IMG/VR virus record: IMGVR_UViG_3300044615_000494
Strand: one strand, 5' to 3'
Length of the DNA: 64,000 bases
From: a virus
The notes below the pieces were generated by a model. It did no database searches and was not told where the DNA came from. It saw nothing but the letters and a program-made list of their open reading frames with translations. Each line of letters starts with the position of its first letter. Position 1 is the first letter of the stretch. Below are positions 9,946 through 20,192 of this stretch, piece after piece. Position numbers and translations under genes: made by a program.

Positions 9946-11880
9946 ATGGCAGATACCGGTAAACAAAGTCCCTTAGGCGTAAACGTAATAGGATCGATAT
10001 TAGATAATATCGGTTTCTGGATAAACCCTACGGCTGAAAGTTACATGGGCAGTAATAAACTGACATGGACTGAGGTTCCCGGTTCTAATGCTGACTATGC
10101 TAAAACTTCAAATAATTTAACATTCGGTAGGACAGTAGAAGAAACATCACTTAAGTGGATCACATGGTCTATCAATGATGCATTCTTTAGGGGCGCGGCA
10201 AGCAAACTTAATCCACTGTTATCGGTCGGCACTATCACAGCAACGACATATAATAATCTATTATCTATAGGTCAAGATGCGGCTACAGGTGGAAAATTTT
10301 TGCCTGCATTAGGTAATAGCCCACCATATGATAACTGGACTAGGCAGAATGTTAACACATGGGATCCTACGTATACGTGGAAGAATCCACATCCTGAACT
10401 ATACTCGCATGAATTAGCAGGTCCACCTGCATTCTCAGGATATGGATTGTTTAGTTGGACTAATCCTATATATGAAGGTTCATATTCTGTTAGTAGTCCT
10501 TTCGACCCTCCCACTAGAGTTAAGTACGCTTACATCAATGAAGGTCAATTAGCAAGTTGGTGGCCGTTCAAGGCTACAACGTCATCCGGTGTAGTACCTA
10601 ACAGGGGAATCACTCAGTGGGGTTGGTTGAGAGTGATTCCGTTACAAGCATGGAATGAATTTGATTTCAACAACGAGTTAAAAATAAAAGGGTATAATCC
10701 ACAAAGATATTGGATCCAAGAACCTTTGAATACTCCTGAGTACAGAATGTTTGTAGATAGTTTCATGAGTTTCTATGGATTCATGCAATCTACAAATGAA
10801 GCGATATATTCTATAACAAACAGCCGATCTTTCTTGAAGGGAACGTATTCAAATATGGACGATCTCATCACGGCTGACGTAGCAGGAGCATCATTAGCAT
10901 TTAAAGAATTCGGTCAAGATTTATTGAACTTAGGTAAGATAATTGATTGGCAGTATATAAAGTCATTTGGTCTACCATCTACATTACTAAAAACTCTAAA
11001 CAACAATAATGCGATAAATGGCAGTTTGAATTTAGCACTGTTGACTTCTGGTATACCGCAAGCACGAATCACTGATATTGCTACAGGTTCTGAGACTGCC
11101 ACAAAAGAAGAAGAACAAAAAATGTATGGTTCCTTCTTAGTTATTGTTGGACAAGATTTAAAAGAAATATTAACTACTTGCTTTTGTAGTACAGTAGGTA
11201 TAACTACGTTAGGTGATTGTCTCAACATCAAAAAACTATTTCCTAATAGTTATAGCACGTTGACAGTGCCTACATACAATGTATCACAAAGCGCCGTACA
11301 AAGTGCAAAAACTTATTATCCGTTGTTCCAGCCAAATACAGGTAACGTCAACCCGACATTAGATTCTCCGGCTATGCAAGATAAGATAGGCACGTTAGTA
11401 CCACCTGGGGCACCTCCTATCACTCTAGTTCCTCCTATGATAGAAACTAGCGTCAGCGAAAGTAATTTCGGTCTGACTAATAACAGTGTAGATGTATCGG
11501 TGACAGAAAACAAGATGGCTATAGCAGAAGGTGTATTAACATCAGAAACTTTAGCAGCGGTACAGGATGTACCTAACACTCCTAAGTTATTGCAAGAGAA
11601 TGTTGATACTAATCCTACTGTAAACTCTGCAATTATTTCAACGGGAGAGTTCTTAGCACAAGGTTTTGTTAAGGCAACGGCTAGAGAAATTCAAAACGCA
11701 CCTAATATACCTGCACCAACCCCGCAACCTACACCTAACGTGATTTCAGAAAACACACCTAATAAATCAGGTGTAGGAATATCAGGTTCAGGTATAGGAA
11801 CAATATCACCGACGGGTGGAAAAACTAGCCTCGGTGGCGGATTTTTCCAAGATGATATAGGTCAATTGGACGATAAATGA
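9946..11880 (+). CDS. large hypothetical virion/baseplate-associated protein (first of pair)
   Basis: 644 aa ORF directly after PAAR gene. Confidence 0.7.
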   Translation: MADTGKQSPLGVNVIGSILDNIGFWINPTAESYMGSNKLTWTEVPGSNADYAKTSNNLTFGRTVEETSLKWITWSINDAFFRGAASKLNPLLSVGTITATTYNNLLSIGQDAATGGKFLPALGNSPPYDNWTRQNVNTWDPTYTWKNPHPELYSHELAGPPAFSGYGLFSWTNPIYEGSYSVSSPFDPPTRVKYAYINEGQLASWWPFKATTSSGVVPNRGITQWGWLRVIPLQAWNEFDFNNELKIKGYNPQRYWIQEPLNTPEYRMFVDSFMSFYGFMQSTNEAIYSITNSRSFLKGTYSNMDDLITADVAGASLAFKEFGQDLLNLGKIIDWQYIKSFGLPSTLLKTLNNNNAINGSLNLALLTSGIPQARITDIATGSETATKEEEQKMYGSFLVIVGQDLKEILTTCFCSTVGITTLGDCLNIKKLFPNSYSTLTVPTYNVSQSAVQSAKTYYPLFQPNTGNVNPTLDSPAMQDKIGTLVPPGAPPITLVPPMIETSVSESNFGLTNNSVDVSVTENKMAIAEGVLTSETLAAVQDVPNTPKLLQENVDTNPTVNSAIISTGEFLAQGFVKATAREIQNAPNIPAPTPQPTPNVISENTPNKSGVGISGSGIGTISPTGGKTSLGGGFFQDDIGQLDDK

Positions 11881-11881
11881 T

Positions 11882-14152
11882 ATGGCTATGACACCACCAC
11901 CAGAAGGCTTTGATTCATATCTTGATGGCATATTGCCACCTGATCAGGCTATATTAGCCGGCGCCTTTGCGTACACTATGCAACAGGTTAGAAATATAGA
12001 TAAAGTTCCTGCAACTGACTTTGCTAAAGTAGTATACAGCATGGAGAACGCTTCAGTAGGACTACCGCAAATAAACGGTAGCGTTGTTGATAATTTTCAG
12101 ATACCTACAAATAAACCATTAGCCGACAACGGCACTAGAAAAGAAGCGTTGGGCGCGGGCCCGCAAGGCACTTATACCATGAGCAATTTCTTTGGTGCTA
12201 TGAGTGGTCTTCCTTATCCTTGGGTAAGAATGACACAGTTGATCAAAGATACAGAAACATTTAAGTTGAGAAATACATATCAAGAAATGTTTCTAGCAGT
12301 TACATGGCAAGAAGCATCGATGGACATCTTGCAACCAGATTATTATAAAATTGCAAAACCTTATGTGGCTCCTACAGTAACACCTAACAATACTAACCCT
12401 GATTATCAACCTGACGGTACTGTGAAGACCGCAGGATCATTTACAGTAGGTTGGGAGTTCACTATTACTACTGTAGGCACTACTGATTTTACTTTGATAG
12501 GCGCCGCAAGTAATACAGTTGGGGTGACTTTTGTTGCTACCGGCGCCGGCGCAGGTGACGGTACTGCGACCCCGGTCGTTAACTTAAATCAATATGTAAA
12601 TCCTACTACAGGCGCAGAAACAAAAAGCCCTTCATATTATAGTGACGGTGGTGAGCGCGAGTATTATGACTGGTATTATACAGTACAATGTATGCAAATT
12701 GAAGATGGCGGCGGATATGGAAGAGGATCTGCACCTCCGCCTAAAGTACAAGTCGCCATACGTTTTCCAAATGGATCATATGATACTGTTAGAAACATAA
12801 ATGTAGGCACTGTGCCAAATCCGATTTGGACTTCTCCTACTAGAGCCAATGTGACTACAGTACAAGGTACTAATCCACAGGACTGTGCATCGATAGAACG
12901 TAAGTCATATGGTAGAGTGACTGCAAGAATAAACAATGGCGGAGCATACTTGTGGCTACCACTAGACCCGCAACAGAAAGATATATATGGCAGACCTTGG
13001 GAAGATAAGACAGGTCAAGATACAGTGTTGTATGTTGATGGCAACCCGGTCGCTAATCCTCCACCTACACCAGTCTACCCGCCGAGACCAGAACAAGAGA
13101 TAAGAGGTACATCATTGTCGGATCCTGGCATGATGCCTATAGAAACTATAACGATTGAATATCCGCCTATACAGCCTTTACCTGTACAGGCAAACGGCAA
13201 TAAAGCAGTTGATGGTGTTAACACACAAGGAAGGGTCACTTGTAGATTTGGACTTATGCCTAACCCACCTGCTACAGTTTTCTGGACTAGCCCTGGTAAT
13301 AGTGTGACTCAAGGTTATATCAATCAAGCGAACATAGAGATTCAAACGGTTATCGCACCTACAACCCCCTATTATCAAGAATTGTACAACTTGTGGGAAA
13401 TTTTAGGCATTAATATAAAATTAGAGCAACGTTCACGTTATATCGCACTTGCCCCGGTACCCGTGCCTTGGGACACAAGATATGCAGATATACCTGTGTC
13501 ATTGAACGGTTTCGTTGATAGCATACCTGAATTTGCTCAACAAACTGAACCAAACATGGCAGCACAGACTTTAGAAAACATCAGCAATGTCACTACACCA
13601 GGCGGCCAAAGCGTAGTAGCGCAGATGAGACAAGAGAGAAATCAGACTAGACTAGCAGAGATAGGCATAGAGTTAGATAACGGTATGGGCAAAAAACTAC
13701 CACCTAGAGAGCAAACAAGGTGGATGGTCAACGGCACACTACCTACAGCAATAACAGGTATACCTGGCGCTACTGGAGCAGACATAGACACACCGATATA
13801 TGTCATACCATCCTATCCTACTATAACTGTACCTATAACTTATTGGGATTGTGTAGATAATACATTAAAGATCGTCACTAACTTAGCACCAGGAACTATA
13901 AGACCTATACTAGAAGGAGAGGGATGTCCTATAGTGGGCCCAGAAATACCAGTAGGTCCTGGACCCGAATTCCCGCCCCCGGGGAATCCGTTTGATCCAG
14001 GCGGAAATAATGGATCAAATCCGGGAGGTGAAAAACCGCCCGCTAATACTAATAGAAATACTACTAGTACAACACTGCGTCCAAGCACATATTCTGTGCA
14101 AGATGCTATAGATAGGGTAATATCGTGCAACTGCGACTGCTGGATAGAATGA
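11882..14152 (+). CDS. large hypothetical virion-associated protein (second of pair)
   Basis: 756 aa ORF, Pro/Thr rich, AGSFTVG..TITTVGTTDFTLIGAASNTVG repeat-type motif, C-terminal CNCDCW. Confidence 0.7.
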   Translation: MAMTPPPEGFDSYLDGILPPDQAILAGAFAYTMQQVRNIDKVPATDFAKVVYSMENASVGLPQINGSVVDNFQIPTNKPLADNGTRKEALGAGPQGTYTMSNFFGAMSGLPYPWVRMTQLIKDTETFKLRNTYQEMFLAVTWQEASMDILQPDYYKIAKPYVAPTVTPNNTNPDYQPDGTVKTAGSFTVGWEFTITTVGTTDFTLIGAASNTVGVTFVATGAGAGDGTATPVVNLNQYVNPTTGAETKSPSYYSDGGEREYYDWYYTVQCMQIEDGGGYGRGSAPPPKVQVAIRFPNGSYDTVRNINVGTVPNPIWTSPTRANVTTVQGTNPQDCASIERKSYGRVTARINNGGAYLWLPLDPQQKDIYGRPWEDKTGQDTVLYVDGNPVANPPPTPVYPPRPEQEIRGTSLSDPGMMPIETITIEYPPIQPLPVQANGNKAVDGVNTQGRVTCRFGLMPNPPATVFWTSPGNSVTQGYINQANIEIQTVIAPTTPYYQELYNLWEILGINIKLEQRSRYIALAPVPVPWDTRYADIPVSLNGFVDSIPEFAQQTEPNMAAQTLENISNVTTPGGQSVVAQMRQERNQTRLAEIGIELDNGMGKKLPPREQTRWMVNGTLPTAITGIPGATGADIDTPIYVIPSYPTITVPITYWDCVDNTLKIVTNLAPGTIRPILEGEGCPIVGPEIPVGPGPEFPPPGNPFDPGGNNGSNPGGEKPPANTNRNTTSTTLRPSTYSVQDAIDRVISCNCDCWIE

Positions 14153-14248
14153 TGTCCAAAATGTTTGCAGTAATTAAAACAATAAGTTAAGATAGATACT
14201 TATTGTGTCTTATCTAAAGGCAGAGGGCAACCAGCCGAGGAGAAAGAA

Positions 14249-14776
14249 ATGGAAAAATCATTACAGAGTATCAATCTGTTGATCGGACTTTTGTTTGTAG
14301 CATTGCTAACGTTCATGATAAGCAATAACAGGATCAAGATGATCAAAGCAAACACGGCCGCAAAAACAGAAAGCGTTGAGAGCATAGAGAAGAACCTTTC
14401 TTGTCTAGCACTTAACATTTATAGAGAAGCAGGCCATGAGCCTTTCGAGGGAAAGGTCGCTGTAGCACAGGTAACTATAAATCGTACACGCGACCCTAAT
14501 TTCCCTGATACTGTATGCGAAGTAGTGTATCAGAAAAATTCGTTTATGGGTAAAGTTGTATGCCAATTTAGTTGGTATTGTGACAATGCACACAGAATGC
14601 GCCCTATAAACAAACAGGCGTATGAAGAGAGTTACAAAGTAGCCAAGATGGTCTACTTAGAAGACTTCAAGTTGGAAGGACTTAAGGATGCGTTATATTA
14701 TCACGCAGACTATGTAAATCCAAACTGGAGAAAAAAGAAAATAACCAAGATAGGAGCACATATTTTCTATGAATAA
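14249..14776 (+). CDS. cell wall hydrolase, SleB/Hydrolase_2 family, with N-terminal membrane anchor
   Basis: CLALNIYREAGHEPFEGKVAVAQVTINR...QFSWYC...ALYYHADYVNPNW...IGAHIFY. Confidence 0.9.
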   Translation: MEKSLQSINLLIGLLFVALLTFMISNNRIKMIKANTAAKTESVESIEKNLSCLALNIYREAGHEPFEGKVAVAQVTINRTRDPNFPDTVCEVVYQKNSFMGKVVCQFSWYCDNAHRMRPINKQAYEESYKVAKMVYLEDFKLEGLKDALYYHADYVNPNWRKKKITKIGAHIFYE

Positions 14777-15131
14777 TGACCTTAAACTCAACACGGAAAA
14801 CAACTTCATGGATAAAACATATGATTATACCAAGCGTTTTTTCAAACGCATGTGGTTAGAGTTTAGAGCAAGCATTCGCAAAGTCACAATCGATGGTATC
14901 GGTTGGACGGCATTGTTGACATTACACGCAGTCACTATTCCTACATTGATTGGATTGATGACTGGATTGAGCGACAAGACACCACCAATCGATATGGTAT
15001 TGATTTTGTGGATCGGTATGGCATTGTTCTATCTAAAGAGTATTCTTGAAAAGAACGTTGTTAGCATCATCATTATTGGTCTTGGATTTATCGCACAAAG
15101 TGTACTGATGGCTCTTGTTTTCTTTAAATAA
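14769..15131 (+). CDS. hypothetical membrane protein
   Basis: about three hydrophobic segments; overlaps hydrolase stop. Confidence 0.7.
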   Translation: MNNDLKLNTENNFMDKTYDYTKRFFKRMWLEFRASIRKVTIDGIGWTALLTLHAVTIPTLIGLMTGLSDKTPPIDMVLILWIGMALFYLKSILEKNVVSIIIIGLGFIAQSVLMALVFFK

Positions 15132-15135
15132 GAGT

Positions 15136-15642
15136 GTGAGCGAAGATCCTAATAAAAACAATTCCGCAAAAGGACGAGAGAGTTTCGATGTAACAGTCGG
15201 AAACTCTCTTGTTTCTTTTTTTAATAGGAATGCGACCAACTATCCTACAGAAGTAGGTGCACCTAAATTTGACCTAGTCCCGGTCACTAAACAAAAAGAC
15301 ATCATGCTCAATGTGGCTAGACTTCATGCTAGCCAAGAATATGATCGTATCATGGAACTTGTTAATGTATTGCAGAAACAAGCACAACAGATACAGCATA
15401 GATTGAAACTCACCGATATGGTACACGGTGCAAAATACAATTTTCAATTGTACCATAATCAATGTTATTGGCTTGCGTTTGATCATAGAAAAAACTATAC
15501 TATACTTACTCCGTTAGGCCCTACAGATTGGTGTACTGGAGCCCCGCATGAGTATGAGTACATCACAAGAGTAAAATGGCTAGGTGACTATACTTGGATA
15601 GAAGTTAACCCTGACGGAACAGACGGACAACAAACATTATGA
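15136..15642 (+). CDS. DUF2452-like protein
   Basis: YPTEVGAPKF...YDRIMELVNVLQKQA...LGPTDW pattern recognised from memory; GTG start chosen. Confidence 0.55.
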   Translation: MSEDPNKNNSAKGRESFDVTVGNSLVSFFNRNATNYPTEVGAPKFDLVPVTKQKDIMLNVARLHASQEYDRIMELVNVLQKQAQQIQHRLKLTDMVHGAKYNFQLYHNQCYWLAFDHRKNYTILTPLGPTDWCTGAPHEYEYITRVKWLGDYTWIEVNPDGTDGQQTL

Positions 15643-16199
15643 CTAAGATTAGCAAGAGCCCACAAAGAAATACTTTTCAAAAAGAAAAGTACATTGAGCG
15701 TTGCCAAAAAGAAGGTATAGAACCTTCACAGGATTATTTAGACATGTGGCTAGAAGATGATAAGCGCCGCATGTCTAAATTCAATGATCCACAAAGCAGA
15801 GTCAATAATATGGAATATGATTTATTGACTACTGATTGGATATTAGAAAAAGTACGTAATGATGAAGCATACGCACAAAATCTATATGCCAGCATGTGTA
15901 ATACTGATTTTGTCAGAAACGATGTATGGCCATTATTGAAGGGTGAAAAGTGGAGTTGTAGTTGGCGCTATGCAGGGGGTATCATTGCTGATATGTGCCA
16001 AGAGGGAGACTACATAGATTGGTACTGTTCAGGTATACGAGGTGATATGTCTGAACCTTTTGATCCTACACCAGAGCAAATCGAACGTATGAAAATAACT
16101 GAGCGGTTTGTAGGTGAAGGTCATGTGACTGATGAGATTCGTAGTGACTTATTAAAGTTAGGATGGGTAGTTATCGATGACGACAGCCAGCCCATATAA
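15639..16199 (+). CDS. hypothetical phage protein
   Basis: AQNLYASMCN...WSCSWRYAGGIIAD...YIDWYCSG; ATGA overlap. Confidence 0.75.
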   Translation: MTKISKSPQRNTFQKEKYIERCQKEGIEPSQDYLDMWLEDDKRRMSKFNDPQSRVNNMEYDLLTTDWILEKVRNDEAYAQNLYASMCNTDFVRNDVWPLLKGEKWSCSWRYAGGIIADMCQEGDYIDWYCSGIRGDMSEPFDPTPEQIERMKITERFVGEGHVTDEIRSDLLKLGWVVIDDDSQPI

Positions 16200-16207
16200 A
16201 TACAGTT

Positions 16208-16354
16208 ATGATCAATTTAAATAACCTTCACGGCGGCATTAAACTCATCAAAGAGATAATGGACAAAAATAATAATAAGAGACAACCTTGGTCTAGAGAC
16301 AAGCAGAAAGAAAAGGTGTCTTCACTTAAAAATTATAAACCTAAATCAAAATGA
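16208..16354 (+). CDS. small basic hypothetical protein (48 aa; not in ORF track)
   Basis: MINLNNLHGG...KPKSK*; TAAATA 5 nt upstream, ATGA overlap with next gene. Confidence 0.5.
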   Translation: MINLNNLHGGIKLIKEIMDKNNNKRQPWSRDKQKEKVSSLKNYKPKSK

Positions 16355-16509
16355 ATGTTGAATCTCCTTGTATAGGACTATGCAGGCTTGAAAACAAAAT
16401 ATGTATAGGATGCCAGCGCACCGATAAAGAAATTCAACAATGGTACTATGCAGATAATCAGCAGAAGTTAAAAATACTTGAAGCAGTAGAAAAAAGACGC
16501 AAGCGATAG
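16351..16509 (+). CDS. DUF1289-family Cys-rich protein (52 aa; not in ORF track)
   Basis: Manual translation MNVESPCIGLCRLENKICIGCQRTDKEIQQW... matches the SPCxxxC...CxGCxRT..EI..W pattern. Confidence 0.75.
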   Translation: MNVESPCIGLCRLENKICIGCQRTDKEIQQWYYADNQQKLKILEAVEKRRKR

Positions 16510-16517
16510 GGGTAGAT

Positions 16518-16829
16518 ATGAGCGGCGACCAAATCAAAGCAAGAGTTAGTAAGCGCAGATTAAAAGATGACAACGCAGTTCGCAAACAAGTCAAGATAGC
16601 AAAAGCGCATGGTCTTACACCAAAAGATAAGCAACTAAAAGAACCGCATAGATATGCAAAACATCATGCTATGGATTGCGGTAATCCCGGCTGCATTTTA
16701 TGTAGCAATCCTAGACACAACAAATTATTTAAAAAAGATAAACTTACTATTCAGGAACGAAAGTTCTTTCAAGATGTGGATAACAAAAAGTATAAACACG
16801 GTAACGGAAGCATCGAAGAAGATAATTAA
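16518..16829 (+). CDS. basic hypothetical protein with CGNPGCxxC motif
   Basis: 103 aa ORF with upstream GGGT SD-like site. Confidence 0.7.
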   Translation: MSGDQIKARVSKRRLKDDNAVRKQVKIAKAHGLTPKDKQLKEPHRYAKHHAMDCGNPGCILCSNPRHNKLFKKDKLTIQERKFFQDVDNKKYKHGNGSIEEDN

Positions 16830-16968
16830 TCTATCTTTACTGCTACTATTACTTTTTGGGCTAAGTCTATTGATCATACCCGCTATAGGTATAATGTTCG
16901 GGGCATTACGAAATTTTATGGGCATCTCTTAGGCATATAAGTATTTCACTGACCTATAGGAGATATAT

Positions 16969-17541
16969 ATGAAAACAGTAGGAGATAAATTAAAGCCCTT
17001 CGCCGTAGTTGGCGTTAAGCCAGGCAAGTTGACCCCAGATGATGCTTTTGAAACTATCACAGAAAAGAGTTTTGAAGGCAAGTGGAAAGTAATTGTTTAC
17101 TATCCAAAAGATTTTACTTTTGTCTGCCCAACTGAGATCGTTGCTTATGACAAGTTGAACAAAGATTTCGCTGATCGTGATGCCGTATTACTAATCGGTA
17201 GCACAGACAACGAGTTCTGTAAACTAGCATGGCGCGCAAATCATGAAGATTTGAAGAAGACTAACAGTTGGATGTTTGCCGATGTTAAGCGCGAGACATA
17301 CAATGACGTTGATGGTTATAGTAATGAAGGTTTGATCGATCAACTAGGTGTATTCTACGCACCGGCTGGTGCAGCATTACGCGCCACGTTCATCGTTGAC
17401 CCACAGAATGTTATTCAGCACGTTACTGTAAACAACTTGAATGTTGGTCGTAGCCCAGAAGAAACATTGCGTGTACTAGACGCTTGCCAGACAGGTGAAC
17501 TATGCCCGTGCAATCGTACTATCGGCGGTGAAACACTGTAA
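16969..17541 (+). CDS. ahpC: peroxiredoxin (alkyl hydroperoxide reductase C)
   Basis: YYPKDFTFVCPTE, RATFIVDP, GRSPEETLRVLDA, LCPCN; AGGAGA SD. Confidence 0.95.
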   Translation: MKTVGDKLKPFAVVGVKPGKLTPDDAFETITEKSFEGKWKVIVYYPKDFTFVCPTEIVAYDKLNKDFADRDAVLLIGSTDNEFCKLAWRANHEDLKKTNSWMFADVKRETYNDVDGYSNEGLIDQLGVFYAPAGAALRATFIVDPQNVIQHVTVNNLNVGRSPEETLRVLDACQTGELCPCNRTIGGETL

Positions 17542-18185
17542 TGCTTGAAACTATCTGCGAAACGCTTGTAGAGGCTTATCGTAGAAATTGGATCACAAGT
17601 CGTGATGGCAATGTTAGTATTCGTCATCACGACCGTGATCACTTCTATATAACACCTAGCGGTGTACGTAAGCAAACACTACAGCCTGATCAATTCAAAA
17701 AGATAGGCATAATGCATCAACCTATTGATAGATGGAATTGGACTGATTTGCCTTACACAGATATAAGCAAAAATCTTAGACCAAGCGGCGAGTTACCATT
17801 ACATTTTGGTTTACAAAAGATGATGGGGCAACATAGTAACGATGTTCGTGTCGTGATGCACTTTCATCCTACATATTGTGTAGCAGCCATGCATGCGGGT
17901 ATAGATTTAAGCACAGTCGTAAATGATTTTCCCGAACTAAGCCGTTATACAAAAGTAGCAAAGAATGTACCAGACGTACCTCCTATCAGTCAAGAATTGG
18001 CTGATCGTTGTCTTGAGAATCTAGAATTGACTAACAATGGCACTATATCTTATGATATAGTTGGCATCAAAGGTCACGGAGTAGTAGCAATTGATACAAG
18101 CCCGTGGCGTGCGTTTGAACATATAGAAAGACTAGAACACATTTGTAAGATCGTGCTTTCTAGCAGAAAGGTTCATAGTGCATGA
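17541..18185 (+). CDS. class II aldolase/adducin family protein
   Basis: DGNVSIR, ITPSG, PSGELPLH, HFHPTY, GHGVVA. Confidence 0.85.
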   Translation: MLETICETLVEAYRRNWITSRDGNVSIRHHDRDHFYITPSGVRKQTLQPDQFKKIGIMHQPIDRWNWTDLPYTDISKNLRPSGELPLHFGLQKMMGQHSNDVRVVMHFHPTYCVAAMHAGIDLSTVVNDFPELSRYTKVAKNVPDVPPISQELADRCLENLELTNNGTISYDIVGIKGHGVVAIDTSPWRAFEHIERLEHICKIVLSSRKVHSA

Positions 18186-18387
18186 GTCTAATAAACGCAG
18201 TTTAGCAAAAGCAGTAAGTTGGCGAATCACCGGTACTGTAGATACATTCATAATAAGTTTTTTTGTGACGGGTGAAGTAGCATTAGCGGGTGCTATTGCA
18301 GTAACAGAAGTAGTGACGAAAATAGTTTTATATTGGTTGCATGAGAGAGTTTGGAATAAAGTGAAGTGGGGTAAGACAGATGCTTGA
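18178..18387 (+). CDS. DUF2061-family small membrane protein
   Basis: RSLAKAVSWR...YWLHERVWNKVKWG. Confidence 0.8.
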   Translation: MHESNKRSLAKAVSWRITGTVDTFIISFFVTGEVALAGAIAVTEVVTKIVLYWLHERVWNKVKWGKTDA

Positions 18388-18775
18388 GTGTTTGATATTA
18401 GGTGATAGCATAGCAGTAGGTACACATCAAGCAAGACCTGAGTGTGCTGTATATGCTAGAGGCGGAATCAACAGTAGAGATTTCGTTAACAGATATATAG
18501 GCAAAGACTTAGTTGCCGACACAGTAGTTATCAGTTTGGGTTCTAATGACCATAAAGGTATTAAGACTAAAAACGAATTGATGGATTTGCGAAGTCAAGT
18601 AGTAGCAAAAAAAGTATATTGGATACTGCCTGCAATCAAACCAGAGATACAGGAAATAGTAGAAGAAGTAGCACACAAGTATGGTGATTGGATGATTAGA
18701 ATTCCTCATCTTTCAAATGACGGTGTGCATCCTACTAGGCAAGGATATAAGAAAATAGGAGATATAACAAAATGA
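18380..18775 (+). CDS. SGNH/GDSL hydrolase-like protein
   Basis: ILGDSIA, ISLGSND, DGVHP..GY. Confidence 0.8.
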   Translation: MLECLILGDSIAVGTHQARPECAVYARGGINSRDFVNRYIGKDLVADTVVISLGSNDHKGIKTKNELMDLRSQVVAKKVYWILPAIKPEIQEIVEEVAHKYGDWMIRIPHLSNDGVHPTRQGYKKIGDITK

Positions 18776-19308
18776 ATGGATTAAGAAATTGGGTAGAAAT
18801 TATCAAAGATAGCATCCCTGACCATAGTAAAGATATAAGATTAAATCTTGACGCAGTAATTAATCGTAGCCTGTTGAGCAAAGAAGATACACATGCAGTC
18901 GCATTAACAAGCGCACTTGCGGCAGGCAATGGAGAACTAGCGTTTGCGATCATGACTTCAGGAGAGTTGGATGAATTTCCTAAAGAAATGGAAGCCGCAA
19001 AAACAGCAGCGAGCCTAATGGGAATGAATAACGTATGGTATCCATATGTCGAGATGACACAGGATCCCGAACTCAAAGGCTTACCTGCAGGATTGCGTAT
19101 GAATGCATACGCAACACACGGTGGTGTATCAAAGAAGCAGTTTGAGATGTATGCACTAGCCGCTAGCGCAATAGGTAAATGTCATTTTTGTGTTAAGAAC
19201 CACTATGATGTTCTTAAGAAGGAAGGAATGACTACACCAGAACTACATCACGTAGGTAAAATCGCTGCCGTGATTAATGCCATTAGCAAAGTAGCGCCAG
19301 ATTTATAA
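18772..19308 (+). CDS. ahpD: alkylhydroperoxidase AhpD (carboxymuconolactone decarboxylase family)
   Basis: DIRLNL, AASLMGMNNVWY, SAIGKCHFCVKNH. Confidence 0.9.
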   Translation: MNGLRNWVEIIKDSIPDHSKDIRLNLDAVINRSLLSKEDTHAVALTSALAAGNGELAFAIMTSGELDEFPKEMEAAKTAASLMGMNNVWYPYVEMTQDPELKGLPAGLRMNAYATHGGVSKKQFEMYALAASAIGKCHFCVKNHYDVLKKEGMTTPELHHVGKIAAVINAISKVAPDL

Positions 19309-19866
19309 TCTGCCTATAAGCATCATTCTATTATACTTTAGATGCCCATAGTCAAATACTTTTTCACCTTCGAAAAGTATTTGACCCATGGGAAACTTTG
19401 ATTTAAAGTCTTGCATATCAGGTATAGGATGAGTGATGTTCCATACAGGATCATCATTCACTACATTACTAGACTGTATACAAACTAATTGATATGGATT
19501 GACTTTATGATACCAAGTTGCGTCCATATGCTCACAACTAGTATTGATGATCACATTATTGTATCCTAACTCTTTATGAGATATGGTATCAATATGTTTA
19601 GTGACGTTACGTAGTTTGTGCCCTTCACCTATCATCCAAGCATTATTAATTTTGTCTGCTATCTGAGTAGCACGGTCATCTACATCTACTCCTTGTATCA
19701 TATTATACGTCTCTGATTTCCTAGTCAACATCATAAACCCTAGTAAATTATACCAGGATCCTATGATCATGACTTGTGCAGGATCGGGTAAATGCTGTTC
19801 TAATTCTTCACAAAGCCAAAGTTTGCTTTGTAATTGTCCGTGACTGAATGCGTTGAAGTCTATCAT
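19303..19866 (-). CDS. SAM-dependent methyltransferase-like protein
   Basis: FSHGQLQSKLWL, IIGSWY, GVDVD, INTSCEH; start re-assigned to ATG 19866 behind TAAATA. Confidence 0.6.
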   Translation of the reverse strand: MIDFNAFSHGQLQSKLWLCEELEQHLPDPAQVMIIGSWYNLLGFMMLTRKSETYNMIQGVDVDDRATQIADKINNAWMIGEGHKLRNVTKHIDTISHKELGYNNVIINTSCEHMDATWYHKVNPYQLVCIQSSNVVNDDPVWNITHPIPDMQDFKSKFPMGQILFEGEKVFDYGHLKYNRMMLIGRL

Positions 19867-19952
19867 GCTTATATTTACTAACGTTGGTTGATGTATAAAT
19901 AAAACGATGGACTTGTAGAGTCCTTTTTCTATTATATAATCAGGAGAAAAAT

Positions 19953-20135
19953 ATGAAGAATGTAATCGTTTTGGGTTTAGTAGCACTTGCTCTTGTAGCA
20001 TGCGGCAAGAAGGAAGAAGTTAAGGTCGAGCCAGTAGTTGAGGCTGCACCAGCAGTCGTTGCCCCTGCCCCAGCCGCTGAAGTGGGCAAGCCTGCTGATG
20101 AGAAGGTTGAAGCCACTGCACCAGCAGCCAAGTAA
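19953..20135 (+). CDS. small Ala/Pro-rich lipoprotein
   Basis: Signal peptide with lipobox LVAC; AGGAGA SD. Confidence 0.8.
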   Translation: MKNVIVLGLVALALVACGKKEEVKVEPVVEAAPAVVAPAPAAEVGKPADEKVEATAPAAK

Positions 20136-20192
20136 TTTAAAAAAATCGCCGTTAAATGCGATAAAAAATTACAAGGAATAAATAAATTCACT

